NCBI RefSeq assembly: GCF_001194135.2
Contig: NC_069000.1
Location: 8,180,205-8,244,204, forward strand
Direction of reading: 5' to 3'
Origin: Octopus bimaculoides
Taxonomy: Eukaryota
Length of the DNA: 64,000 nucleotides
Shown: in pieces, positions 27,139 through 40,374 of the stretch
Layout: the number at the start of each line of letters is the position of its first letter
Numbering within the stretch: position 1 is the first letter of the stretch
Position numbers and translations under genes: made by a program
The notes under the pieces: model-generated
Database searches by the model: none
The model's input: the letters and a program-made list of their open reading frames with translations, nothing else
What the model was told of the DNA's origin: nothing

Positions 27139-29822
27139 GCTGACAACTTTTCCCGTCTAATAAAACTAAGATAACCAATTACTTTCTTGTTTGTAAAACA
27201 CGATGTGTGTGTGTGCGTGTATTGTCAAGCAATAGACTACAGTTGCGACATGTAGCAGGAGGGGATACTATCGTCGGTGTTCGCGTTGAATATTACTTAT
27301 TGTGTAACATTCAACCCAAACTGAAGATAATATTGTGGCCTGTTGTATACTGTCAACTGTAGTACATTGTTGAACTTTATATAAAAAATATACCGACGTT
27401 ATTACTTTCCCTGACTAATATATGCGTGTTTTGTGTCTGACTGTACAGTCGTGATCTTAATCATGTTCACCAAGAAAGTTTAGGCACTGTTCGCGATTGA
27501 CAATGAACTTGAAAATTAAGCGAGGAGACTCTAGGTTATTTAGGGGTATTTTTGGTTTAAGCAATCCCAACACATTTCTGGTATTTTTAAAATGATGAAA
27601 ATGAAATGCATCATTGACTAAACCGTGCTTTGATCTCAGAAGCTGATTCACTGAAGACGATTCCAAATATGCAACTAAAGCGGTTTTCCGACCTCAGTAT
27701 GTCATATCTGTTCACATAAAAGTACATGCATACATACATCATACACACACACATATATATATGCATATATACGTTCATGTATTCATATATATATACGTAC
27801 ATACAAACCAAAACTAAGATTTATGAAATATCTAAATATTGAAGTTTTTTTGTTTTGTTTTTTTTTGGTCTGGAATTGAAAGAAATTTAAATCTCGAAAT
27901 TAATAATACATTTTTCCTTTAATTTTGATATCTAAAAGATGCTTTCAAAAATGAAGTTAGCGGAACATAGGCAGAATTATGAGGAGGTGAAGATGTGGCA
28001 AGGGAGGGAACACATAGTGAAGGAGATGGACTATTGTCAGTCTGTAGCTAAAGCCAGAAGACAAAGAAGAAAATAGAAGCAGTAGCAGCATGTGGAAACA
28101 GCCAACCCAATCAAATAATTTGATGGATCAGCAGTAAAATTCGTTTTCTTATTTTAGCAGCCATTTGCATGAAGACAGATACAATTCATCTAATCAGATC
28201 TGTTTGATATTTAGCGTTTCATTCGACGCTAATTTGAGGCATTGAATCAACAAATATTTTAATAGACTCGAAAATCACACAGTGCCAAACGATGTTTTAA
28301 ATTATCTTAAAAATATCTTCAAACGAGACCTGAAATACCAGCGCCATCCAATCAGATGAATTCAAAGTAAGTTTGATTTTTGTCTTTATTCAACAGAAGA
28401 AACAGTTCGCAGTCGATCTGTTGACCCCCACCTCCCAATTGGTGAGAAATTTCGATATGTTGCTGTTCTTGTATAAACTTTTTTCCGTTGGCGGTCTGTC
28501 TGTCCACTTCGTTACATTCTCTCTTCCCCTCGTCTCCTATGTGTAAGAAGTAATATGGGGTAATGGTTAATTGGGGAAGGTGTTTTTGCTGAGAGGGAAG
28601 ACGGCCAAATATTCAGTTTAGCCAAAGAACCGTTCCCTGAATGACCGCTTTGTTTAGATATTGTGGAGGGCTGTTGAGCCTTCGTCCTAAACCAAGATCG
28701 TAAAATTTGGAAAACTTGATTCAATTCCACTGCAAGGCATTTGGGGAAAGTAACTTCTACTGGGGTCAATGTAATCAACTAGCCCCTAATTTCGGGCCTT
28801 AAGCTTATCGTAGAAATGTTTGTTATACGTCTTTGTTCGAATTTTGCTCGGCGTAAAAACTATAGTTGGTATACGGTGGTTCGAATCTGCGCAGCAGGCG
28901 GTGAATCAAAATAAAATAGCAACATCCGCAGAGTTACCCTGATTGAAAATAGATACCATTTGTGGGGATAGATCCCGAGGGGTCCGAGTCAATAAGCTAG
29001 AAATTTATTCGCAGAAATTCGCATTTATTCATATAGAGCAATGAATTTGAAAATTTAATACGCAGTTTTGTTTTACACGTTCAGTATCAAAGGATCCTTT
29101 CTAAAAGAAAAATAAGCAGTATCGTTTCTTCGTAGCACTCCCCCCCCCCCCCCCCACCGACATGTATATTAAATAATCTTGGTGTTCAGTAGGGGATCAT
29201 CTACAGTCACTTGTCTGCTAGATATAGCAGTGATGCCTTCCTCACATCCTAACTTAACACCTTAAATAAAGCATGTTTTGGACGGCTTAATTCATGATAG
29301 AAAAACGTCGAGCTTGTCACAAGTGGAACGCTTTTTGTCATAGGTTTGTTCTATCTGGGCTGATCTAGGCTATACAGCAACAGCAAGTAAACAGTGTATT
29401 TCTGCCAACGAGAGAAAACCTCTGCGCAGTCCCCTAACCTGCTGAAACAACAGCCCTCAATCGTATCACTATCTAATATTATAAAAGGACATACAAGAGA
29501 TAATACAGTTTTATATATCTCACAACTACACAAGAACACTTTTATTTACTGCATTATCTAACTAATCTAGGTACAAGACTGGCTGGTTTAGAAGCTCGCT
29601 TTTGCAACAACGTGGTTTTGAGTTCAGTTCCATAGTGCGTCACTTTGGACAAGCGTCTTCTACAACGCCTTGTGAATGAATTTGGTAGACTGAAACTGTG
29701 TGGAAGACTGCCGAGAGAGAGAGAGAGAGAGAGTATTATACAGGGTGGTGCGCAAAAGAAGTTAGCCCGGGTTGCATAAAACGTAAATACAGAAATAAAT
29801 TTACACACACAAATCGCCTAAC

Positions 29823-29897
29823 CTTTCGTTTGCAACTGTCATTGTGTTATTTCGACCGAAAAGTAACACGGGTTCCATAGCATAGTGTAAATACAGA

Positions 29898-29942
<45 letters not shown>

Positions 29943-30005
29943 AGTCGCAGCTCAGCAGTTACAAGCAATCGAAATAACACAACGACACTTGCAAACAACG
30001 AAAAG
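29823..30005. mobile_element. Small MITE-like element with ~33-bp terminal inverted repeats enclosing an A42 tract
   Basis: ctttcgtttgcaactgtcattgtgttatttcga (29823-29855) versus tcgaaataacacaacgacacttgcaaacaacgaaaag (29969-30005). Poly-A at 29899-29940. Confidence 0.6.
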
Positions 30006-30649
30006 CTGGGTGCTTTTTCGAATCCGGGCTACTTTTCCGTGCGCCACAGAAATATCCGATAAACGGATTTTATGGAAATATGGAAACACCATATACACTT
30101 TCACTCGTAGGAACAAGATTGCTCAAGATGTGTATGCTTATATGTATTATGTGTGCATACAGGTGGAAAAGTCTTCCATTTTGCATGTTGATTTTTTTCC
30201 CATATTTTCGTTTTCTTTCTAATAGCGAACGTTTGAAATCCATCTTTAATGTTTCTAAACCTTTCCAGATTTATCTTCGGCGGGGTAGTGAAGTGATGTT
30301 GTGTATTGCTGCCTCTTTATAATAGGATTGTTGGTCCCTCAAGTTCGAGAAAGACGAACCTTCACAGATGATTTGTTTATAGCGATCGAACGTTTGAGCT
30401 GTACATGAGTTCACTCCTTCCATTAAATCGATATTGTCTGTACAGGTGCACGGTGTGTCACATGTCAGGTATCGAAGTGATCGCAGAGAATTGCAAGATG
30501 AAGTGTTTTGCTCAAGAACTCGATGCACCACCCGGTCCGAGAATTGAAACCACGATCTCGCGATTTTATGCACAACACTCGAACTACTAAACCATGATCT
30601 TATAATAGGCACAACCAATATACGCAATCAATATTAATACCACAAAAAC

Positions 30650-31070
30650 GTGGTGAGCTGGCAGAGACGTTAGCACGCCGGGTGAAATGTTTAGCGGTAT
30701 TTTGTCTGTCTTTACGTTCTGTGTTCAGATTCCGCTGAGGTCAACTTTGCCTTTCATCCTTTCAGGATCGATGAAATAAATACCAGTTAAGCACTGAGGT
30801 CGATGTAATCGACTTACCCGCTCGTCCAAAATTGTGCCTAAAATTTGAAATTATCATTACTATTTTTCTATAAGGCAGAATCGTTAGCACGCCGGGGAAA
30901 ACGGTTACCGACGTTTCGTCTTTCTTCACGTTCAAATACTGCAAAGGTCCACTTTGCCTTTCATCCTTTTGGGTTCGATAAAATAAGTACCAGCTGAGAA
31001 TCGGGGTCGATATAATCGATTTTCCCCGTTCCCCGAAATTGCTGGCTATGTGCCAAAATTTGAAACCCAT
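30650..31070 (+). mobile_element. Two tandem SINE family M copies
   Basis: Heads at ~30650 and ~30873, both with the ...gtgccaaaatttgaaa-type tail. Confidence 0.88.
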
Positions 31071-31314
31071 AACCATACCACAGCATAATGACTTGTAGGG
31101 ACACCGTATTTCGTTATGCAACCATAATATGCTACAGAGTATATTAAACGCTTTTACAAGTCAATACTGTGTTCGCGGTGCTATTAAATAACTTGTTAAG
31201 GTTATCTCTACAGGTTTTCCATAGAAATTAGAGCCAGCACTGATTTGTTACGTTTCGTATCCGAATACGCCTAATGTAAACAACAGTGAGATCGAAGAGG
31301 GGAAAATGGGTAAC

Positions 31315-31363
31315 GAGCGTATATGCCATATTTCAGGAGTTTTTGCTCCTTCATCAGCGACTC
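31315..31363 (-). ncRNA. Minimal type-I hammerhead ribozyme motif
   Basis: Minus strand GAGUCG-CUGAUGA-AGGAG-CAAAAA-CUCCU-GAA-AUAU-GGC-AUAU-A-CGCUC: complete catalytic core, 5-bp stem II, short near-palindromic stem III, AUA triplet, and stem I gag(u)cg/cgcuc. Confidence 0.75.
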
Positions 31364-32889
31364 ATCCAGTACGTTAATCCTTCACGAACTTATTGTTTGT
31401 AATTATGCAATACACATAAAATACGTTGATGATAAACAACTGACTGATGACGCATAAAGCCTTCAAATGTAATTCCGGCGTTAATGCCTACATTAATGGC
31501 TCCTGGCTGTTGTAAAGAAAAAAAGCAACATTCCCCAACATCACTTTATTCAGAAGATGAGACCATGAAGTCCTAGAAATATTGAGGATGGATATCAGAA
31601 ATTTATCGCAAAGATCATAGGAATGTGAGAAGCACTTTGGTGGTGGTGGTGATAATAAACTAGAACACAGTTGGGTTTTCAATACAACAAACAACCACCT
31701 ATTCACACACACGCACACACACATAAAAAACACCGAACACACATATGCACACATGTAACAAACAAACACACACACACACACACAAAAGACACATACACAC
31801 ATGTAATAAACATATGCATACACACATAAGACACACACATACACACGTAATAAACACATGCACATAAAAACACACACACACAAGACACATGCACATACAC
31901 ACATCCATGTAACAAACACACGCACACATCTAAGAGGTACACACGTAACAGCCATAATCTGCACGTAGCTCATAATGCGCATAACGTTATGCACACATAC
32001 ACACACAACACATAATATACTCCTAACACACAATACACACACACACACACACACACAAACGCATAAAACACGGAAACATAACAGACGTGTATATACGCAA
32101 AACAGACCAAATATTATTGAAGATCGTCGTCCTTTATTTTGTTTTTCTTCTTTGAAAAAAGCTGTCTTTATTTTTTAATTAAAGCTTTTCTTCTCCTTTC
32201 TTTCCATAGCGAATCATTTTTCCGAATCAACTTAACGGTTGACCATAAAAACATTTCATTTGTTTTGTCTTGTTTTTGTTGTTTTCTGACGTGAAAAAAA
32301 AAAAAAAAATAATAAAAATCGATATTTCTAACACGCTCGAGATTAAGAGTGAAGTTGTTCACTTTCCATGAAAAATGTCCGTGTAAACAAATATGGCGGA
32401 CGGCGAGGAAACGGAAAAGAGAGAGAAGGGGCAAGGGGAGAGGGGAGAGGGGGGTAGTCGGTTCAAAACCATTCACCGACTACACCTGATGATTTTATGG
32501 AATAAGACATTTTTGGTAGTCATTTGCGCTAAATTGTTTTATGTGTGTGCGTATGTATACGTGTGTATGTATGTACATTGTATATTTGGGGCCTTTTTAT
32601 AAATATATGTATTATATGCATACTATATACATGTTACACATATATCTGTGTATGTGTGTGTAAATGTGTATGTGTAAATATATGTATGTAAATATGTGTA
32701 TATATCTGTATGTGTGTGTAAATATGTGTATATGTGTATGTGTGTGTAAATATGTATGTGTGTGTGTAAATATGTGTGTGTGTGTGTGCAAATATGTGTG
32801 TAAATATGTGTGTATTTGTGTATGTGTGTGCAAATATATATATCTGTATATATATGTGTGTGTGTGTGTGTGTGTCATATATGTGTGTA

Positions 32890-33200
32890 TGTATATATTT
32901 CATGGACTCCCCCGTTGTTTGACGACGTATGAGAGTTGGGCAATTTCTTGCCGAACAAGCCCACAAATGATTTGTTTATATCGATCAAATGTTTATGTTC
33001 ACACAAGCTCACTCCCTCCATCAGATCGACATTACCTGTACAGGTGTACCATGTGCCACATGTCAGATGACGAAATGACTGTAGAGCGACGTGAAATGAA
33101 GTGCTTTGCTCAAGAACACACTGCAACGTCCGGTCTGGGAATCGAACCCACGATCTCGTAATCGCGAGCGCAACAGCCTAACCACTAACGCATGCGCCTT
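32890..33200 (-). mobile_element. SINE family C, near full length
   Basis: The tRNA-like head reverse complement is at 33140-33200. The body is shared with 30330-30595. Confidence 0.85.
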
Positions 33201-33429
33201 CACACACACACACGCGCGCGCGCATATGAATACGTAAATGTTGAACGAAAATGAGTGCTTAACACCGCATTGGTGGATAGATTTTGTTTTTTAGTATTAA
33301 GGCTACCATTGGTTTCATGTTAAAAATATCTTTATCTTAATTTTTCAAGCTGATCACATGGAGGAATGGTGTTCGCCTCCATTTTTGGATGAAAACACAC
33401 ACAAACACACACACACACACACACATACG

Positions 33430-33630
33430 TTGCTTTTGTTTAGTTCGAGTTCTGACCCAATGCAGTAGATCTGTACAGTAGACCAAATTATCAAAAATGT
33501 TCTAGTCATTCAGGTATATCTAGGACTACATAATCTAAAGTGTCTCTTTTTAAGACAATAAAGTGTGATTCGGGGTGAGATTTGGCTTTTACTTCTAGCA
33601 AGTCAACTGACTATGTAGAGACCTCCTTGT
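33430..33630 (+). repeat. Old dispersed repeat family D (ggctgctatttctagcag motif)
   Basis: Variants of the motif recur at ~35947(+), ~29210(-) and ~45540(-), and more loosely at ~37390. Element class not determined. Confidence 0.5.
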
Positions 33631-34304
33631 TTGTGCACCGGAGATTCTTGTTCCTTTGATGTGATCAATTAATTGGCGTTCTGACCCCAAGCTTCTTTGG
33701 AAAATTAATTGGCATCCTAATGTTTGTTTCTGTAGTCATATATAAGTTGTGAAGAATCTACCCGAATTGATCTGAGAGCTTTAATCTCTTTCATGAATCC
33801 TGTTTTAGAAAGGGGGAAATTATTATTGCAAGTCATCCAATCAGGACGTTTGCAGGATATTATTTTGGATAATTAAGACGTTGGAGAGACAGAAATGGTA
33901 AAGAAAAATGAGGGGAAAAAAATGATTAATATCATTAGAACTGTAGAGTTGCAGAAACAGTAAAATTGCGGGTTAAACAGTACGAGGTATTTAATTATGT
34001 AACGTTTATGTTCGTAGTTCAAATCTCACAGATGCCTATCACGGATATGTTCTGGGGTCGATAAAGTAAGTGGTTTTAATGTGATGAAGTGATCGGTGGC
34101 ATCTCTCATTTCAAAGCTGTGGCTTTATACCAAAATTAGAGCTTGCTTCCTAACCATGTGGTCTTGGGTTCAGTCCCGCTGCATAGCACATTGGGCGTAT
34201 GTCTTATGCCCCCCCCCCCCCGAGCAAGTGTCTTCTACTATAGCCTCGGGCTGACCAAAGCCTTGTGAGTGGATTTGGTAGACGGAAATTGAAAGAAGCC
34301 CGTC

Positions 34305-34340
<36 letters not shown>

Positions 34341-34464
34341 ATATATATGGGACCACTTCAGCAAAGTACCATCAACTACAAGATTATAAAAATTTCCGAA
34401 AAACCAATGGAAATTGTTGAGAACATTCATTGAATCTACAATTTAAAATGACATTGGAAATTAC

Positions 34465-34506
<42 letters not shown>

Positions 34507-34625
34507 TTGACCTTTCGCTTACGCCTGCACTTAGATGCGCGCACACATGCATACGCGCGCGCACATACATACGCAGGCGCACACATACATACATAAGCGC
34601 ACACACGCATGCATGCAGACACGTG

Positions 34626-34669
<44 letters not shown>

Positions 34670-36544
34670 CCCTACACACAGACATACGCACATGAATGCG
34701 CGCACGCACACACGAAAGCGCACGTATACACACGCACGCACGCACCATGCATGCACGCTTACACACACGCACGCTTACACACACACACATACATACACGC
34801 ACACACACACACACACACCCCGCCTGCGTACACATGCGTGACAAAACATACATATATGCATACATATCCGTTGTTAGAAAAAGCTTATGTAAGTAACATT
34901 CGACAAGCTGTGACCAGTTAACTCCCTGGCCACAAATCTACAAAACTATGAAAAACTTTTCTAACGTTCAACTTGCATCACTTATCGTCCTTCTTACACA
35001 AATTCGAGCGATGGGGTTTCGTTTCATTGTTAAAAACCAGCCTCTTTCTGGGTAGAATTTCAAGAATTGACAAAGATATCCTTAAATCCATGCGTAACAT
35101 ACATTACATACAAGCATACAACATGCATACATATATGTATTACATACCTACATATATTCATTACAATACATACATTTATAGATTACATACATGCATACAT
35201 TATTCATACGAGTATGCATACATCCATACGTGTATACATAGATTACTTAAGTTACTTGTATGCATACATTCATGCATACATTCCTGCATACACGCATCCA
35301 CACGTACATTCATGCATACATACACGCGTGCATACATTACATACGTACGTGCATATATACATACATTTATTCTTACATACATTAAATGCATACATTACAA
35401 TACGTGCATGCATACATTCATACACGCATACATACGTACGTACACACATTCATGCCTACATGCAAGCATACCTAAACACATACAGGAGGAATGAATGGTA
35501 GTGTGGAGCACTGCTAGAACGGTGGTGCTACATCAGTGCTCGGTCCCCAGTTGTGTGTAGTGGAAACAGTCGATAGTGCTCTCAGTGACACACTGAGTGA
35601 AGCGAGGACAGACGTACCAAGACTTATGACGTCACCGTTTTGGAAATAATTTCGTTTACGTCATACCTCATACTGTGACTACATCAACTGGGTTTGCCGT
35701 TGTTTAGCTGCTGTTAGCGTTGTTGTTGGCGGTGGTGGTGGTGGTGATGGTGCTAGCGGTGGTGGACGTCGTGTTGGGAGTGGTGATATAGTAGTGAAGT
35801 TGATGCTCTTCTTGGTCAGCTACAGGTTGTCGCTTATCGAGCAGACGTTGAACAGAAGGCAGACCAACCGTGACCACTACGTCGTTTCAGATTTATGCCT
35901 GGGACTACATTACACAGTCCCTTTTACTTTTGTAGAAGTCTGTTTGTGGCTGCTATTTCTAGCAGATCGAGAAACCATGTATAGACACCCACTGAACGCT
36001 GTCGGTACAATGGCGGTTGAGGCGGGGGTGTTGGCGGTGGTATTTCTGACATTGGTAATAAGCATGGTATGAATAGTATGGTGGTAGCGATGGTATGGGG
36101 GTTGTGGTGGTGGCGATGGCATGGGGATTGCGACTGTGCTGATGTCATGGTGTTTGCGGCTATGACGATGGTATGGTGACTACTGCGGTAGCGATGGTAT
36201 GGTTGATGTGGCGGTGGTATGGTGACTGCGTTGGAGGTGATGGTATGGTTTTGTCATTGACTGCAGTTTTAGTGAAATATGTGAGAGAGAGTACAATAGT
36301 AAAGATGATGGTATATAAGTGGTATAGGATGTGCTGTAGTTAGCTATAGTATTAGCCGTCACTTTCATTCTGCACTTCATAGAATATAGATACATATGCG
36401 TGCATACATTTATACAAATAATAATAATGATAATAATTTCAAATTTTTCCACAAGGGCAACCATTTTGGGAGAGGGGATACATCGATTACATGGACCCAG
36501 TATTCAACTGGTATTTATTTTATCGACTCTAAAAACCACTCTAG

Positions 36545-37080
36545 TATTAATCAGGATAATAAGAAACCTAAAAATAGGCCCAGGAAAATTATTTGGTTCG
36601 CCCCTCCTTTTCCCTTAATATAAAAACTAACAATGGTAAAAGATTCCTGTCCCTCTTAGGCAAACACTTTCCAGCCACTCACAGATATAGGAAAATATTT
36701 AATAGGCGTTCTGTGAAATTATCATATAGCTGCTGCCCCAATATTAAAAAAACAGTACAATAAAGAATAACTAAAAGCTATAACTTGAAGAAATAAGATA
36801 TGAAAGATTTCCTAGTTAGATTAAGTTGCATGCTCCTCGTCCCTGTTCGCTTAATCATTTCCGAAATTTTGTTTGCGTGCAACCAAATGCACCTCTAAGC
36901 ATTTTTTTAAAGACATTTGATGCTAGAAAATACCATCATGTTCATAGTATACTACTTTAAGTTTGATATAATGCCTTAATAGAAATTTATCTTTTGTATG
37001 TTTATATATTCTTATCCTAAATGGGGTGTTGTTCTTAACTTTCTAGGAGAGTCTGTGTAATTTTGTCTATTTGTTTTTCT
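36545..37080. mobile_element. Penelope-like element: forward RT-EN linker (36545-36790, +) joined to an inverted GIY-YIG segment (36800-37080, -)
   Basis: Plus strand [54 protein letters not shown] is a close match to the PLE RKIIWFNPPF...FNRNTVKLSYSC motif. The minus strand has RVKNN.P and GIIYQ-like remnants. Confidence 0.8.
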
Positions 37081-37689
37081 AAAGGTAAATTTGACCTCGG
37101 CTGAAATTGAACTCAGCACGCAAAATGCCGGAACAAATGTCCGAAAGTGTTTTTCGGACGCGCTAATGATTCAGCCAGCTCGTTGACTGGGACTTCGAGT
37201 TTTGCGTAGTATCACACGCACACAACATATAAAGCCTTGTGTGCAAAAAGAAGGCTTTTAACATGGATGGTTAGACGTTGGGTCGTTTGGTGAGCGATAC
37301 CATCAATATGAAACCCGAGACAACTTGTTGCAAGATCAGTCGTTATCAAATAAAGTGACCACCCCACCAGGTTATCTGAGTGGAGAGGGCTGCTAGAAAT
37401 CCAACAGGACAAAAACAATGTCTCTTAAAAAGGCAGTTAGATCCAGGATAGTCACCGATTGTCTAACATTGGAGTTGCTTGTTAGAAATTCTGGTCGTCC
37501 CTTATTATTGTAATAGCAGGTCGCGAGAAGATTATTATTCCAATAGTAAAAAAGCCGAATGGTTGACATATTACTTAGAAAGATATCTTGCTTTGGTATT
37601 TCTCTGGATATTTGCATATTGATGAGTGATATTGTGGTGTGTCTAAATTGTTTTCGACTTAAATTTCATATGGCTATTATTCACAGTTT

Positions 37690-38090
37690 GTAACTGATAC
37701 AAATGTTGCACGAAAAGCAAGGCAAAAGCAAGCATAACTTTTTATTAGCAGACATAGGTCGTCCAAATTGCATATGCTGATAGAGTAACTCGTTTTCCTG
37801 TCCTGAAAACGAACCACATTCCCCACAAGAATACGAATCTACACACATCTTTGGCAACAAATCATACAATCAGCGAATCGAACTGGTCAGCGTCTCCCAT
37901 GCACCAACAGCCTAGATCTGGCATCTTTCGACTTCTTTTTGTTCGCCCTAATGAAACACAGTTTTGAGGGATAACAATTTGATGATAGACAAAATAAAAG
38001 CGAAGAAATGGGTACATTAAAGACCTAGAGATTTTCAAATAACATTCGTGAATTGGATTTAATGATGACACAAACGTATCTTTTGTGATG
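37690..38090 (+). mobile_element. Mariner transposase C-terminal fragment (pseudogene)
   Basis: ~37895-37990 reads, with a frameshift, H.P..LDLASFDFFLFALMKHSFEG*QFDD, matching HPPYSPDLAPSDFFLF..LK..L.G..F. Confidence 0.7.
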
Positions 38091-38764
38091 GATTTGAAAA
38101 TTTACAATAATAATAATGATAATAATTTGTAATTTAAAAAAGAAAAAAATTCATATATTAGAGTTCTTTTACGATTATTGAGCTCTCTGTTCTTCGATCC
38201 TTTAAAGTTAACTGTCTCCCTGAATTTACTGAGGCCCCTTTAAGTTTTGGGACGTCTTCAAACCGTTTGTGGTCCTTAGATTTAATGGGGCCTCACTTTT
38301 TATTTTATGTGTTGAATTAGCTTTCTTTAAATAAGGATTTCTAAAACACTTTGAGCTTATGTTTGTTCTGATATAAGAAGATGTCAGTCAGCAGCAATGC
38401 ATTTTCGAAGCAAATGAACGAGGTTGCATCATCATGTTAAAAACTACCAAAGACCTGGCACCCATTAAAGTTACAGGGTATGCGAAGAAATGTTTGAGGG
38501 GAAAAAAACAAAATTGATATGAAATTATGTTTGTATTTAGATTATTTACAGCGTTATATTTGCACGTTTCTATTATATAAATTTAAACAGTTGAAAATTT
38601 CGTACGCAAAATAGTAGGCCCCCACCCCGCCCAAACCTATTGGCCCTGGGAGTCACACCAGGTCTAAAAATCCGGCCCTGCAAAAAGGTATAACGGTACA
38701 ATGATGATTGAAAGAATAGTGAGGGGGGAAGAGAAAGAGACGGGAAGGGGAGAGAAAGAGAGGG

Positions 38765-38798
<34 letters not shown>

Positions 38799-39730
38799 TT
38801 TGGTACAGTGTTGGAAGAGAGATAGATTAGATACATAGATAAATAGATAGAAAATAGACAGACAGAGAATATTACTGAAGAGAGGTAGTATTGTACAGTA
38901 GTGAAAGAAAGAAAGAAAGAGAGAGAGGGGAGAGAGAGAGAGAGAGAGGGAGATAGAGATAGAGGGAGAGAGAGAGAGGGGGAGAGAGAGGGAGAGGGAG
39001 AGAGAGGGAGAGGGAGAGAGAGAGAGAGAATGAAGTACAAGGTTTCTTTCAAGTCTGTTTCCTATTTTTGTGAATGTCTGGTTACAATATTTCCATTTTC
39101 TCAGGTATAAAGAAATTTTTGAGTCGTAGTACGATGTAACAACTTCTCTTCAGTCTCGAAAGGCATTCATGTTGCACTGTTGGCAATGAGAGAAACTAAA
39201 ATCTTCTACTTATATCTAGATAGTGGTCCGTCCTATATGGTGGGTGTGGGATATTTGAGGTGGAAAGTAAGTCTGTGATTGAATAATATATTGATGTCTG
39301 TGAAAACACAATTGCTCGTAGTCGGGGAGAGAGGGTTGTGTTCCGATGAGAGCGGAAATAAGGAAATGTTCAGTGAAGAAGAGGATAATTGCGCTACAGA
39401 GTAACGAGGAGAGGGACTTAAAGAGAGGGGGAGGAGGAGAATTAATGAGACTAATTACAGTTACACACGTGCGCGCGCAAACGCATACGTGAGTGTGCCT
39501 GTATATATAGTTATTTAAATAGATACATGTATGCATGTATGTATGATGTACATGTGTATATTATTAATGTTGTTGTTGTTATTCTGCCGAGGTCGACTTA
39601 TTCCGCTGAGGTCGACTTTACCTTTCATCTTTTCGGAGTTAATAAAATAAGTACCAGTTGAATACTAGGGTCGATGTAATCGACTCATCCCCTCCCCCCA
39701 AATTACTGCCCTTCTAGCAAGATTTGACAC

Positions 39731-39774
<44 letters not shown>

Positions 39775-39775
<1 letters not shown>

Positions 39776-40365
39776 GGCGGTGAGCTTGGCAGAATCATTA
39801 GCGTGCTGGGCGAAATGCTTAGCAATATTTCGCCAGTCACTATATTCTGAGTTCAAACTCCGCCGAGGTCGACTTTGCCTTTCATCCTTTCGGTTGCTAG
39901 GTACTAGAAAATGTGGTGTGATGGAACTCATTCCAAAGGTTTGAAGACAAGCATCTTCCACTCAGGTTAAGCTCTCGTCAACCTCTTTAAGTACCACCTA
40001 GAGAAAAAGATAAGGTTTGAGAGGGAGGTACAGCCTTCCAGTGTGCTTAACAAAAGACTAGTAAGAGTGACGAGATTGGTACAGCTGACTGGGCCGACAC
40101 TGTATATGGCTTTCTGGTCAGGAATAAAGAAACGAGGGGGGACACTTGGATGCGACAGAGAAACCCAAGCTATTGTGTGGGGTTTCCTTTAAAATTACTC
40201 GGGAATTACTCTGTACTAGAGAATTATTGTTCTTGTTTAACGTTGTTATTATAGTCTTGTTTTGTTCATCTGTTTTTACTCGTGTATAATTAATGCTGGA
40301 ATCGATGTAATCGACTCATCCCTTTCAGCAAAATTGTTGCCCTTGTGGCAAAATTTGAAACCGTT
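39775..40365 (+). mobile_element. SINE family M split by an inserted Tx1/L1 3' fragment (~39895-40290)
   Basis: The SINE head and core stop at cctttcgg (~39893) and the tail resumes at ~40293. The insert reads KGLKTSIFHSG*ALVNLFKYHLEKKIRFEREVQPSSVLNKRLVRVTRLVQLTGPTLYMAF, homologous to 14880-15100(-). Confidence 0.8.
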
Positions 40366-40374
40366 ATTATCATT

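Noticed and set aside
28150-28375. Exon between the ttttAG acceptor and AAA|GTAAGT donor
   Set aside because: All three frames contain stops. It could only be a UTR exon, and nothing else supports that.
28860-28900. tRNA gene around ggttcgaatc
   Set aside because: B-box-like motif only, with no A box or cloverleaf.
38378-38480. Exon candidate xDVSQQQCIFEANERGCIIMLKTTKDLAPIKVTG with GTATGC donor
   Set aside because: Weak AAG acceptor. ERGxII resembles a Tc1 N-terminal HTH and follows a Tc1-terminus-like sequence at ~38227, so a transposon relic is more likely.
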